Assembly: GCF_009914755.1 (NCBI RefSeq)
Contig: NC_060947.1
Origin: the human T2T-CHM13v2.0 reference genome, Homo sapiens
Strand: one strand, 5' to 3'
DNA: 64,000 nt
The notes below the pieces were generated by a model, which was given only the letters and a program-made list of their open reading frames with translations, was not told where the DNA came from and made no database searches. Positions 37,301 through 51,365 of the stretch are shown here, piece after piece; position 1 is the stretch's first letter, and every line of letters starts with the position of its first letter. A program made the position numbers and the translations under genes.

Positions 37301-38623
37301 GACATATAGACCAATGGAACAGATCAAAGACCTCAGAAATAACATCACACATCTAAACCATCTGATCTTTGGCAAACCTGACAAAAACAAGCAATGGGGA
37401 AAAGATCTCCTATTCAATAAATGGTGCTTGGAAAACTGGCTAGCCATATGCAGAAAACTGAAACACAGACCTCTTCCTTACACCTTATACAAAAATTAAC
37501 TCAAGAAGGAATAAATACTTAAATGTAAAACCCGAAACCATAAAAACCCTAGAATAAAACTTAGGCAATACCACTCAGGCATAGGCATGGGCAAAGACTT
37601 CATGACGAAAATGCCAAAAGCAATTGCAAAAGAAGCCAAAATTACAAATGGGATCTAACTAAACTAAAGAGCTTCTGCACAGCAAAAGAAACTATCATCA
37701 GAGTGAACAGGCAACCTACAGAATGGGAGAAAATTTGTGCAATCTACCCATCTGATAAAGGTCTAATAGCCAGAATTGATAAGAAACGTAAACATATTTA
37801 CAATAAAAAAAACCCCATCAAAAAGTGGGCAAAGGGTATGAACAGACACTTCTCAAAAGAAGACATAAATGCAGCCAACAAACATATGAAAAAAGCTCAA
37901 CATCACTGAACATCAAAGAAATGCAAATGAAAACCACATTGAGATACCATCTCACGCCAGACAGAATGACGATTATTAAAAAGTCAGGAAACCATAGATG
38001 CTGGTGAGGCTATGGAGAAATAGGAATGTGTTTACACTGTAGGTGGAAATGTAAATTAGTTCAATGATTGTGGAACACAATATGGCAATTCCTCAAGGAT
38101 TGCAAACCAGAAACACCATTTGACCCAGCAATCCCATTAGTGGGTATATATCCAAAGGAATATAAATCATTTTACTATAAAGACACATGCACACATATGT
38201 TTATTGCAGCACTACTTACAATAACAAAGTCATGGAACCAACCCAAATGCCCATGAATGATAGACCGGTTAAAGAAAATGTGGTACATATACACTGTGGA
38301 ATACTACACAGCCATACAAATGAGATCATGTCCTCTGCAGGGACATGGATGAAGATGGAAGCCATCATCTTCAGCAAATTAACACAGGAACAAAAAACCA
38401 AACACTGCATGTTCTCATTCATAAGTGGGAGTTGAACAATGAGAATACATGGATACAGGGAGAAGAACAACACACACCAGGGCCTGTTGGGGGGTGGGTG
38501 GTGAGGGGAGAAAACTTAGACGATGGGTCAATAGATGCAGCAAACCACCATGGTGCACATATTCCTATGTAACAAACCTGCACGTTCTGCACATGTATCC
38601 CAGAACTTAAAGTTAAAAAAAAA
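34326..38623 (+). mobile_element. 5'-truncated LINE-1, L1PA8A-like (end of ORF1, decayed ORF2, 3'UTR, poly-A)
   Basis: EN motifs (GDFNTPLS, YSKIDH), RT tttgcagatgacatg (FADDM) at ~36716, 3'UTR aacttagacgatgggtcaatag, A tail to 38623. Confidence 0.92.
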
Positions 38624-40929
38624 AGACTCTCTGATGCATACTTTAGTTCTCCAATTGCATTTTTTAGTTCCAGAGTTTCTGCTTGATTTTTTAAAATTAT
38701 TTTAGCCATTTTGTTATATTTTTCAGATAGAATTCTGAATTTCTTCTAGGTGTTATCTTGAATTTTCTTGAGTTTCTTCAAAACAATTTTTTTTAATTCT
38801 TTGTCTAAAAAGTCACATATTACTGTTTCACCCAGATTCTTCCTTGATACCTTATTTTACTTCCTTTGGTAAAGTCATTTTTTCCCTGGATTGTCTTGAC
38901 ACTTGTACGTGTTCATTTGTGTCTAGGCATTGAAGAATTAGATATTTATTGCAGTCTTTACTGTTTGTGCTCATTTGTACTCATTCATTTATACACTTGG
39001 GAAGGCTTTCCACATATTCAAAAAGACTTGGGTGTTGTGATCTCAGCTATATCTACTTTACAGGGCACCCGAAGCCAGGTAATGCTGTGGTTTTTGCAGA
39101 CTCATAGAGGTACCACCTTAATAATTTTAAAGAATATGCAGGAGAATTATCTGGATTACAAGCCAGAGACTCTTGTTCTCTTTCCTTACTTTCTCCCTCA
39201 CAAAATGGTGTCTCTCTCTCTTTTCTGAGTCACCTGGAGCTGGGGTTGGAGTGACATAAGCACCCTTGTGGCCACCATAACTAGCTGGGTCAGGCCTGAA
39301 GTCAGCACAGCACTGAATCTCTCTCAAGGCCTGTTGTAATTACTCTCTAGCTACTGCCTACGTTGCTCAAGGGCCTAGGGCTCTTCAATAAGCATGTGGC
39401 AAAGTGGGCCAGGCCTGTGTTCTCTCTTTCAGGGTAGTGAGTTTTCCCAGGTACCAGGTGAATACAGAGGTACCATTCAGGAGTCAGGGACTAGAGTCAA
39501 AAACTTATAGCCATCTACCTGTGTTCTATGTATAGCAGCTAAGCTGGCACTCAAACCACAAGATACAGTTCTTCCCATGCTTTTCTTTCCTCCCCTTTCC
39601 AAAGGCAGAGGGACCTAACTCCATAGCCACCACCACCAAGGGCCACAGCGAGTTCTGCCAGACTACTGCCAATGTTCCCTTTATGCCTAAAAGCTCTTGA
39701 GTCAGCTTGTGTTGAATGCTGCTTTGCTGGGACTCACCCTTCAGGGAAGAAGGTTTCCCTCTGGCCCAGAAATGTCCAAGAGCCAAGTTCTAAAACTGGG
39801 AACCCCAAACACCTGCTTAGTGCTCTACCCTCTGTGGTTGAGCTGGTACCTAAGTTGCAAAGAAGAAGTTCCCTTTATTTTTTTTCTCTTCTTTTCTCAA
39901 GCAGAAAGAGTCTCACCCCATAACCACCACCAACTGCAAATATGCTGAGTTTCACCTGAAGCCAGAAAATCTCAGAGCCTCAGCCAAGGCCCTGGATGTA
40001 ATACCTGAGTATCACTGCTGGTTATTCTTGGCCCAAGGGTTCTTCAGTTAGCAGGTGACAAATTATGCCAGGACTGGGTCTTTCCCTTCAAGGCAACAGG
40101 TTTCTTTCTGGACCAGGTTGTGTCCAGAAATGTCTTCTAGGAGCTAAGGACTGGAAAGTAGGCTCACAACTCATACTGGTGCTCTATACTGCTGTGGCTG
40201 AGTTGGTATCCAAGATGCAAAACAAATTCTTCTCTATTCTGCCCTCTCCTCTCCTCAAGCAGAAAGAAAGAATGTCTTTTAAAGTTGTGAGCTATGAAGC
40301 CTAGGGTTAGGGAAGGTTTGATGCTAGCACTCTTTTAGTCAGCCTATCTAACGTCTCTGTAGGTCACATGCCCCCTCAGTCTACTGTTTCTGGGACCAGT
40401 TCAGCACTAGCACTCACCTAAAAGTTGACGTCCTTAAGACCTAGATTGTGTTTCAAGTTTATTAGGGCCCCACAGCACTTTAACCCACAGTGGCAAGGCT
40501 TTTGATAACTCAAGTTTCCACTGCTGGGATTATCATAGAGAGGGCTAGGGCTAGTTTAAATGTTCCTTCCGTGGGCTGGTTTCAACTGAGTTTGATCTAG
40601 TTGTCTTTTCCCCTATAACAGGACAACACTGAGTTCAATGCCTCTCGATTGCTTTGTTCTCCATCTGTCAACACACAGAAATGCTGTCCACAACACAACA
40701 ATGCTGTCGAGGCATGGGGCAGGAGAGATGTTGGTGATTTGAGACTGTTCCTAATACCTCCTTTGTGCCGCTTTTAGAGATATGAACTTAAAACTGGATA
40801 CTGTGAGTGCTCACCTGAGTTTTAGTTCTTATAAAGGTGCTTTTATTGTGTAGATAATTGTTAAATTGGTGTCCTTGTTTGGGGAGATGATTGATAGAGC
40901 CTTCTGTTCTGTCATCTTGCCTCACCTCC
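38624..40929 (-). mobile_element. L1M1/L1MA-like ORF1 N-terminal part plus long 5'UTR
   Basis: Antisense ORF1 (KNQAETLELKNAIGELK); 5'UTR with tandem units; 5' terminus near gtcatcttgcctcacctcc. Confidence 0.75.
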
Positions 40930-41047
40930 AGTAATTACTTTAAATATGCATAAATAAATTGAATTCCTCAATTATAAGGCATAGATTGACAAAGTAGCTT
41001 TAATAAATAGGATTTAGTGATATGCCACAGTACACAAAATGGCTCAC

Positions 41048-44000
41048 ACTGAGTCCCACAAACTCTTGAGTCCTAAGCAGCTGCAGTAGAATGTATATTG
41101 AGAGCCCAGCCTCCACCAAAATACTTTCTGGCCTGAGGCTTAAAAGCCTCTGCATCTCCACATCCCTGACATTCACCGTCCACAACCACTACCACCAGGG
41201 CAGAGGCAGGAGCCACTGGCAGCGACCCTGCCTCCCGAAGCAGAGGAAAGGATATGCATTTTTATGCCTCCCAAGAGAAATGCTACTGCTTGCAACTACC
41301 TCCATTGTTAGCTGATGGTGGACTGAGGCACAGGTAAAGCATGCACTCTCCAGCCTCTTGCCTATATCTTCTACCTTTGAAAGCAACCCTGCTTTCCTCA
41401 GTAGCAAGGTCATAGCATGCCTGCTGCTACTCTAGCATTAACATTCTTCTGGGGCCTGTGGATTACCTTGCATATGCCTACCACAGCCAGTATATGCAAG
41501 CACCACTATAGAGTCTAAGGGTAGAGTCACCTAACCTGAAAACACCCACCTCCCAGTGCCCAAGCACAAGCTCCAGGTGCCTGAAAATCACCCAAACTAT
41601 TCCACCACTGTGGATACCTTGGCACTTCTTCTAATGTCTCTGGTTTGTGCTACTAAACTTGCCATTACTCCACTACCAACATAACTGGCAACCACTAGCA
41701 TGCACCACTTACTTGCAGGCCCAAGAACTGGGCAACCACTGACCTTCCCAGCACCAAAGCTAGCCATCTAGAGGCTCAAGAATCAGCATGCCAGAGCCCA
41801 TTAACACTGGTGCCAGCATATGCTACTCTGAAGCTCAAGGACTGTTGCACTCAGCCCACTGTTACCACCATTGGAGACAGAAGACTGGCCCAACAGGCAT
41901 TCAAATCCCCAGAAAAATTTTACCACAGCCTCCACTACCAATCACAACTTAAGCCAATGAGGAAAACACGGAAACCACTGATAATGTCTACTACACACAA
42001 AAAAAATTATACCAATACTACGTTACTGCATGCACCAGAATAAAAGCCAAAGTGTCTTACCAAACCAACGTCATAGATACATTTTCAAAAAAACAGTCCT
42101 CCCCTATAAAAGCAAATTAAAGAATTTGGAATAAGTGACTGTTACACCAGGTGTGTAGATATCAAAGTAAATAAACAAGAAACATTTAAAAACAAAGAAA
42201 TATGACACCTTCAAAGGCACACAAAAGTTCTTCATCAACAGATCCCAATGAAACAGAATTTGTAAAATCTGAAAAAAATACAAAATAATGATACTATTCA
42301 TGTCCTTTGCCCAGTTTTTGATGGGGTTGTTTGTTTTTTTCTTGTAAATTTGTTTGAGTTCATTGTAGATTCTGGATATTAGCCCTTTGTCAGAGGAGTA
42401 ACAGATACTTCTCAAAAGAAGACATTTATGCAGCCAAAAAACACAGGAAAAAATGCTCACCATCACTGGCCTTCAGAGAAATGCAAATCAAAACCACAAT
42501 GAGATACCATCTCACACCAGTTAGAATGGCAATCATTAAAAAGTCAGGAAACAACAGGTGCTGGAGAGGATGTGGAGAAATAGGAACACTTTTACACTGT
42601 TGGTGGGACTGTAAACTAGTTCAACCATTGTGGAATTCAGTGTGGCGATTCCTCAGGGATCTAGAACTAGAAATACCATTTGACCCAGCCATCCCATTAC
42701 TAGGCATATACCCAAAGGACTATAAATCATGCTGCTATAAAGACACATGCACATGTATGTTTACTGCGGCACTATTCACAATAGCAAAGACTTGGAACCA
42801 ACCCAAATGTCCAACAAGGATAGACTGGATTAAGAAAATGTGGCACATATACACCATGGAATACCATGCAGCCATAAAAAATGATGAGTTCATGTCCTTT
42901 GTAGGGACATGGATGAAATTGAAAATCATCATTCTCAGTAAACTATCGCAAGGACAAAAAACCAAACACTGCATGTTCTCACTCATAGGTGGGAATTGAA
43001 CAATGAGAACACATGGACACAGGAAGGGGAACATCACACTCTGGGGACTGTTGTGGGGTTGGGGGAGGGGGGAGGGAGAGCATTAGGAGATATACCTAAT
43101 GCTAAATGACGAGTTAATGGGTGCAGCACACCAGCATGGCATATGTATACATATGTAACTAACCTGCACATTGTGCACATGTACCCTAAATCTTAAAGTA
43201 TAATAATAATAAAATAATAATGATACTAAAAAAGCTCAGTGAGATATAAGAGAATACAGAAAAACATACAAGGAAATCCATAAAACAATTCAGGGAATGA
43301 ATAAGAAAATTACTAAAGAGACAGATGTCTTTAAAAAACAAATAGAAATTCTGAAACTAAAGAATTTATTGAACAAAATTCAAAATGCAATCAAAAGGTT
43401 TATCAATGCACTAGATTAAGCAGAATAAAAAAAAATCCCACAATGTAAAGAAAGGTCTTTTGAAACAATCCAGTCAGGCAACAATAATACTAATAATAAG
43501 AAGAATAACAAAGAATGAGCAAAGCCTATGTTACATATGGAATACCATAAAAAATCAAAATTGGAATTTTCAGAGTTCTAGAAGACAAACAGAATACCCA
43601 TGTAACAAAATAGAAACTGAATATTTCTCAAGTCTTGCAAGAAATTAAGACATCCAGATACAGGGGACTAAGACATTCCCAAGCAGATACAATGAAAAAA
43701 ACAAAAACAAAAAAATTTATTCCATGACATATTATAGTCAACCTGTCAAAAGTCTAAGACACAGAGATAATTCTAAAAACAGCATATAGTCACCTATAAG
43801 ACAACCTCCATCAAAATAAAAGCAGACTTCTCAGAAGAAAATGTACAGGCCAGGAAAGAAAAGGATGATATATTTAAAGTGACAAAAGAAAGAGAAAAAC
43901 TTCCCAGATGAAGATATCATATGCAGCCAAATTATCATTTACAAACACAGGAGAAACAAAGTTTTTCCCAGGCAAGAAAAAGGTAAAGAAATTAGTCTCC

Positions 44001-45935
44001 ACTACACTGGGACTGCAAGAAATGATTAAGGTTGTCCTATACCAGAAAGCAAATAATTTTTGAAAAATGATAATGACCATCATGAAAACAAAAAATTATA
44101 GAAGACACTGGTAGAGCAAACACACAAACAAGAAATAGAAAAAAACCTCACATGTCACCATTACAGAATATCACCAAAGTACATGATGAACAGTAAAAAG
44201 GCATAGAAAAGAATAAAAGACACACAAAACAACGAGAAATTAATTAATGAAATCACAGAAATTAGCATTCACGTATCAATCAGTAATATCCTTGAATATA
44301 AACAGATTAAACTTTCTACTACAGAAGGTATATTAGCTATATAGATTACAAAAAAACCCAAGACCCAACAATATGCAGCCTTCAAGAAACTTATTTGACT
44401 TGTATAAACAAATACAAACTGAAGCAAAGAGAAGGAGAAATATATTACACGCAAATGAAAGCCGAAGGTGAGCAGAAGTAGCACACTGTTAGAAGAAAAC
44501 TAAAAATAAATGAAGGAGGTCATTATATAATGATATAGGGATGAATTCAGCAACAGCAACAGGATATAACAATTCTAAACTTACATTCACCCAGTACTGG
44601 AGTACATAGTCATATAAATTAAATATTATTATCTCTAAAAAGAGGCATAGATTCCAATACAGTAATAGTTGAGTTCTTCAAAACCCCATGCTCAGCATTA
44701 TACAAATTATTTAGACAGAAAATTAAAAAAGAAACTTTGGACTTAAACTGCACCTTAGACCCAGTGGACATAAGCAACATTTAGAAAACATTTCATTCAA
44801 CAGCTATGTAATACACAGTCTCTGTGTCTGCACATGGGACATTAACCATGATAAACCATATTTTTATCATACAACACAAAACATGTTTCAATACAATGAA
44901 AAAATGAAATTATATTAAATAGTTTCTCATAACACAATGGAATAAAATTAGAAATAAAAAACAAAAGAAATTTGCAAAACTGTACAAATATATGGAAAGT
45001 AGGTTATTTTAAAAAATAAACAAAATTAAGAAACTGCTTCCTAAACTTGCCAAGAAAATGGAACAGAAGACCCAAATAAACAAAATTAAAAGTTAAAAGA
45101 CAGAATTGCAACTGATAGCTGAGAAATACAAAAGATCATCAGAGACTATTATGAACAGCAACACACCAAAAAATTAGAAAGCCTTGAGGAAATGGGTACA
45201 TTTCTGGACACATATAACCTGTCAAGACTTAATCAGGAAGAAATAGACAATCTGAGCAGACCAGTAATAAGTAATAGGATTGATTTGGTAATAAATCTAC
45301 CAGCAAACCAAAGTTCAGGACAGAATGACTTTACTGTCAAATTTTAACAAAATTTCAAAGAACTACCACCAGTTCTCCTCAAACTATTTCAAAATATTGA
45401 AGGAGCAAAAGTTTTCCATAATTATTCTACAAGGATAGTATTACCCTGATACCAAAATTAGACAAGGACAAAAGAGAAAGAAAAAATTGTAGGCCAGTAT
45501 CCCTGACAAACATACGTGCAAAAATTCTTAGCAAAATACTAGCAATTTTAACAACTACACAACAAAAAATAATGCACCACGATCAAGCGACATTTATCCC
45601 TGTGATGCAAGATTGGTTCAACATATGAAAATCAACAGATGTGATACATGACATCCACAGAATGAAGGAAAAATCATATGGTAACTTTAATGAAAGCAGA
45701 AAAAATTGTTGAAAGTTAATATCCTTTCATGATAAACACACTCAACAAACTAGAAATGAATGGAAGGTTCTCAACCTAACAAAACATATATATTAAATAC
45801 CCACAGCTAACATCATACTAAATAATAAAATTCTGGCATCTGTTTCCCTCAGATGAGGAATAAGAGAAGGATACTTACTTTCACTAACTTTATTTAACAT
45901 AGTGTTCAAAATTTTAGCCAGGGTAATTAGGCAAA
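41048..45935 (+). mobile_element. Old L1M (L1M3/L1MA-like): 5'UTR, ORF1 and ORF2 as far as RT, decayed; split by the L1PA3
   Basis: C-rich 5'UTR at 41050-42150, ORF1-like A-rich text to ~44090, EN and RT text at 44250-45935. Confidence 0.75.
42297..43215 (+). mobile_element. Young 5'-inverted L1PA3-like insertion
   Basis: Antisense at 42297-42400, sense at 42401-43215; open ORF2 C-terminus (42481-42999); 3'UTR gctaaatgacgagttaatggg...accagcatggc; perfect 13-bp TSD aataatgatacta (42284-42296, 43216-43228). Confidence 0.95.
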
Positions 45936-46860
<925 letters not shown>

Positions 46861-46955
46861 AAACATTTCAGGAGCTTGGACAATTTCATTTTAATTTTGG
46901 TAAGCTACAGCCCTTGCCTTCTAGGAGTCTGCAGTAGATTTGAGAAGAAAAGCTA

Positions 46956-47242
46956 TTTTTTTTTTTTTTGGATGGAGCCTCATTGTTGCCTAGGCTGGAA
47001 TGCAGTGTTGCAATTTCAACTCACTGCAAACACTGCCTCCTGAGTTCAAATGATTCTCGGGCCTCAGCCTCCTTACTAGCTGGGACTACAGGCACGCACC
47101 ATAAACCCAGCTAATTGTTTTATTTTTAGTAGAGATGGGGTTTCACAATGTTGGACAGGCTGGTGTTGAATTCCTGACAGGTGATCCACCTGCCTTGGCC
47201 TCCCGAAGTGCTGAGATTACAGGCGTGAGCCACTGTGTCTGC
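46956..47242 (-). mobile_element. Alu (AluS)
   Basis: Dimeric Alu with T tail; degenerate TSD tgagaagaaaagc / tgagaaaaaac. Confidence 0.9.
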
Positions 47243-47484
47243 TGAGAAAAAACATTTATAAAGTTCGTTATACTGAAAACGTATACTGAGAAGTGCCAGA
47301 AGTAATGGTTACAAATATAAAGCTGTGTAAATTCAAACGAAGAAGAGATCACTGCTTGTTAAAGAGATCATGGAATACTTTGTATAGAAAGCACACTTTA
47401 TTTAGACTTTGAAAGACAGGTAGCATTAAAACACTTGTAAATTAAGGAGGTGAAGAGAATGAGGTATATAAAAAATATTTTAGA

Positions 47485-47665
47485 AAGATGGTTGCCAGAG
47501 GTTAGGAGGAAGGGGAGGGATGAGGAAATGGAATATGTTTATCAAACTGTAAAAATTCTCAGTTAGACTAAAAGTACAAACTTTAGTTATTTATTGCACT
47601 GCATTATGACCACAGTGAACGTGTCATATATTTCAAAATTGCTGAAAAACAGACAATTTTTAACT
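47485..47665 (+). mobile_element. L1MA-type 3'UTR fragment
   Basis: atggttgccagagg...ttattgcactgc...atatttcaaaattgct. Confidence 0.6.
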
Positions 47666-47699
47666 AAATAATTTTCTAAAAGTCTAGAAAAGAATGCTG

Positions 47700-50600
47700 A
47701 GGGAAGGTGGCAGAGAGGAGACAGGGCTAATGTGCAGGTAACAAACAAAAAACAGTGTGTGGAAACTCACACCAGGAACTTTTACTCTAAGAACCACTGT
47801 GGAAACATACCAGAAAAACTGAAAGAATTCACAGATCTTTTGAAAGAAGTGGCAAGCTGCTGCAAATTCTGAGACGGGTGAAAAACCGTGAGTTCCCCAA
47901 GTGTGAGAAGGGGAAAAGCTGCACTTGAACACACGTCCTCACTGGGGAATCTAAAAATCCAGATCACAAGAGAAGGATTTAACCTTACCTAGAGGTAGAA
48001 TGAATTTAGAGAACTGCATAAAATATAAAAGTAGAAGCTGCAGCAGAAAGAGCCTTATTGGCACTCTCATTCTCCAGCTCAAGCCTAGGGAAGCCATCCC
48101 TGACTCTCTCACTGGGGCCTTTGGTGAGCACACTCAGTGGAATTAGGGAGGTGTAACAGTGTGTAAGAAGCTTCCAAATAAATTTTGTAATAATTTCCAC
48201 TGGGCACAAACATTTTTTAGAAGATTCTGTGGATAAATGGAAACTGATGTAGACACTAGCACAGGAGCTGCCACTGATATTGTGGACAGACAGGGAGAGG
48301 CAAGGCCTGGAAGCCAAGCTTCCTTGCTCAGCAGAGAAGTTTGTGGCCTGAGGCAGGTTTGAGTTCCACATACAAGCTGCCCGAATCTAAACTTGGCGCT
48401 GTTAGTGGGGCACTGTGGGAGTGAGACTGGTCTCACCAATTACATGGATACAGGGTGAGGCCTTTCACTACCAGCTATCCCCCATTTCCCTGACTAATTA
48501 TATGCCACAGCAGAAGCAGACATAATCCCAATCCCCTCTGGAACAGAATCCCTTTGGTGTAATAAGCATGTCCCCATCCCCCACAGTGGCCACTGCAAGC
48601 CCATTCAAAGAGAGTCTGAACCCAGACCCACCTAACCCTACCCCAGCCTGATAGTATTTCTCTACCTGACCTAGTAGCCACACACAAAAGATATACACTC
48701 TTGGGAGCTTTATGGCCCCACCCATCACCTGAGAAACCAGAATTACTACTCTGGCCAACTTAAGAAAAGCTTATATTCCACTGCTACTACTGCAACTGGT
48801 GTTCTCTGGAAAGTGCCACCTCTTGGCTAAAGGCAACTCAGGCCATTATAACAACTCATGACAGAATAACTCTGCTCCTGGGAAGGAAAAAGCAACATCT
48901 AATACCACTGCCCGCAACATCTTGGCTAACCAGAGGTCCTGAGTCTGTAAACGTGACAACTTCACTGCTAGGATAACCAGCATTCAGAAAAGCTAGCACA
49001 CTAAATATATTTACAACCAAGGATTCTCACAGTCTAATTCACTCTCCTGCCACATCCACAAGAGCAGTTCTAGCTGGGAGACCTGAAGATGGATCACATC
49101 ACAAGACTTTACAGACAGTCCCCAGCACCAGCAGGGAGCCAGGTAGCCCTGCTTGGTGGCTAGACCCAGAAAGGCAATAATAATCACTTCAGTCTGGCTC
49201 TCAGGAAGCTCCACCCCTAGGGGAAGGGGAGAGCACCACATCAAGGGATTACCTCGTGGGACAAAATAATCTGAACAGCAGGACTTGAGTTCCATATCTT
49301 TCCACTAGAGGGTAGTTTATCAGAGCAGAGACACAACTGCAGTGCTGGGCACAGTAGGGAAAGTCTGCACCTATACTGCAACAGTCAAGCAGCCTCTGTG
49401 ATTGTGAAAGGCTTTGGAGAAGGGGTCCTTTATCCCCTGTGGCGTTCCACTGCAGGCACAACTGGGGCTTCCCCAACAAGATTGCAGCATGGAGGCACTT
49501 ACAGACAGCTTTTCTGGAACAATCCATGGTGAGTGCAGCCCCACAGGAGGAACACACTTCAGATTCAGGCCACATGAAAGGCAGAGTGATGATTCCTCCC
49601 TGCTTGGAACATCAACATTTTTATACAAGAAAAGAGGTTCCTGTCTCATCTGAATAGCTGAAACACTAGAACAGGAGTGAGGCTGTGAGGTGAATAGCTT
49701 TCCTGCTGACCTAGCAGGGGAGCTGAGGTAGTTCACACTCTCCATCCTGATAAAACTTCAGCACATTTAACTAAGAGCTCCCTCAGCCACCATCATCAAG
49801 GCGGGGACCTCAGCCCATCATTGGGTATTACATCTACCCACCTTCCTTAGGCACAACTGGTGCCCCACAGGGATTCTCTCTGATTGACCTAAAACCTGAA
49901 TCATCAACTCAGTAAGTAAAACACTGGGGAAAAGTTAAATAAATAAATACACTGTATACTACAAGAGAATGAGATAAGCTTCAAGAGATCTCTGTCATCT
50001 CAACTTCATAAAAGAGAGTAAACTCACCCATACAGCAAGAATATGACAACTATAACCAGCACCAGGGAAAACCAGTGCACAAAGACTCTCTATGACTAAG
50101 AATCTCATACAGAGTCTTCACCCTTACAAGCACCAAGAATAAAATTAGGCAAAATTCAACATTAAAATCTGATTTATAAGAGGGAAAAAAGAAAAAAAAC
50201 AAAAAAACACAATTCAACAATCTCAAGAAATAGTCTACCAAAATAAGAAGGAAAAAGAAAAGTAATTCTGGTAACATGACAAAAGAGGGTTTTATAACAC
50301 TCCCCAAAGTTTACACAAGCTCCTCAGCAATAGACCCAAACAACCAAGAAGAAATTTCTGAATTGTCAGATAAAGAATTCAGAAAGTTAACTATTAAGCT
50401 ACTAAGGAGATACCAGAGAAAGGTGAAAACCAACTTAAAAAAATTTAAAAAATACAGTTTATGAATGAAAAATTCTTCAGAGAAATAGATATTATAAAGA
50501 AAAAAAATCACGATTTCTGGAAATAAAAGACACATTTAGAGAAATACAAAATTCGCTGGATGATTTCAACAATAGACTAGAACAAACAGATAAAAGAACT

Positions 50601-51365
50601 TCAGAACTTAGAGACAAGAATTTCAAATTAACTCAATCGAAAAAAGACTAAATAAATAAGTAAATAAATAAATAACATCTTCAAAAAATGTGGGATTAGT
50701 TTAAATGACCAAACCTAAAAATAATTGGTGCTCCTGAGAAAAAAAGTCAAATCTAGAAGTTTAGAAAACTTACTTGAGGAAACAATTGAAGGAAACTTCC
50801 CTCACTTTGCTAGCTATCTAGACATTCAAATACAAGAAGCTCAAAGAACTCCTGAAAAATGCATCACGCAAAGATCATCACGTAGGCACATAGTCATCAG
50901 GTTATTTAAAGTCAAGATGAAGAAAGGAATCCTAAAATCTCTGAGACAAAAGAACCTAATAACCTGTAAAGAAAAACTAATCAGATTAACAGCTGATTTC
51001 TCAGAAGAAACCTTACAAACCAGAATAGATTGGAGTCTATCTTTAGCCTCCTGAAACAAAATAACTGTCAGCCAATAATTTTGTATCCATCAAAATTAAA
51101 CTAGAAATACACCAAAATAGAACCTCCCTAAAGTATAAATCTCACAGGGCCTATAAAACAATAACATAATAATAAAAAAACAAGGTATTTAGGCAAAAGC
51201 TAGCATGATGAATAGAACAGTACCTCACCTCTCAATACTGACATTGAAAATAAATGTCTAAATGCTGCACTTAAATAATAAAGAATGGCAGAATAGATAA
51301 GCCTTTACCAATTAAGTATGTCCTGTCTTCAAGAGACTCACCTAACACATAAGGACGCATATAAA
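47700..51365 (+). mobile_element. L1PBa-like 5' half: ~2.5-kb 5'UTR, ORF1, start of ORF2 endonuclease
   Basis: 5' end gggaaggtggcagagaggagacagggctaa; ORF1 fragments 50276-50464 (AIDPNNQEEISELSDKEFRKL) and 50725-51054 (IQIQEAQRTP...RHIVIRL); EN start at ~51205. Confidence 0.85.

Noticed and set aside
42481-42999. 172-aa ORF as a host gene
   Set aside because: It is the ORF2 C-terminus of a truncated young L1, open only because the copy is recent.
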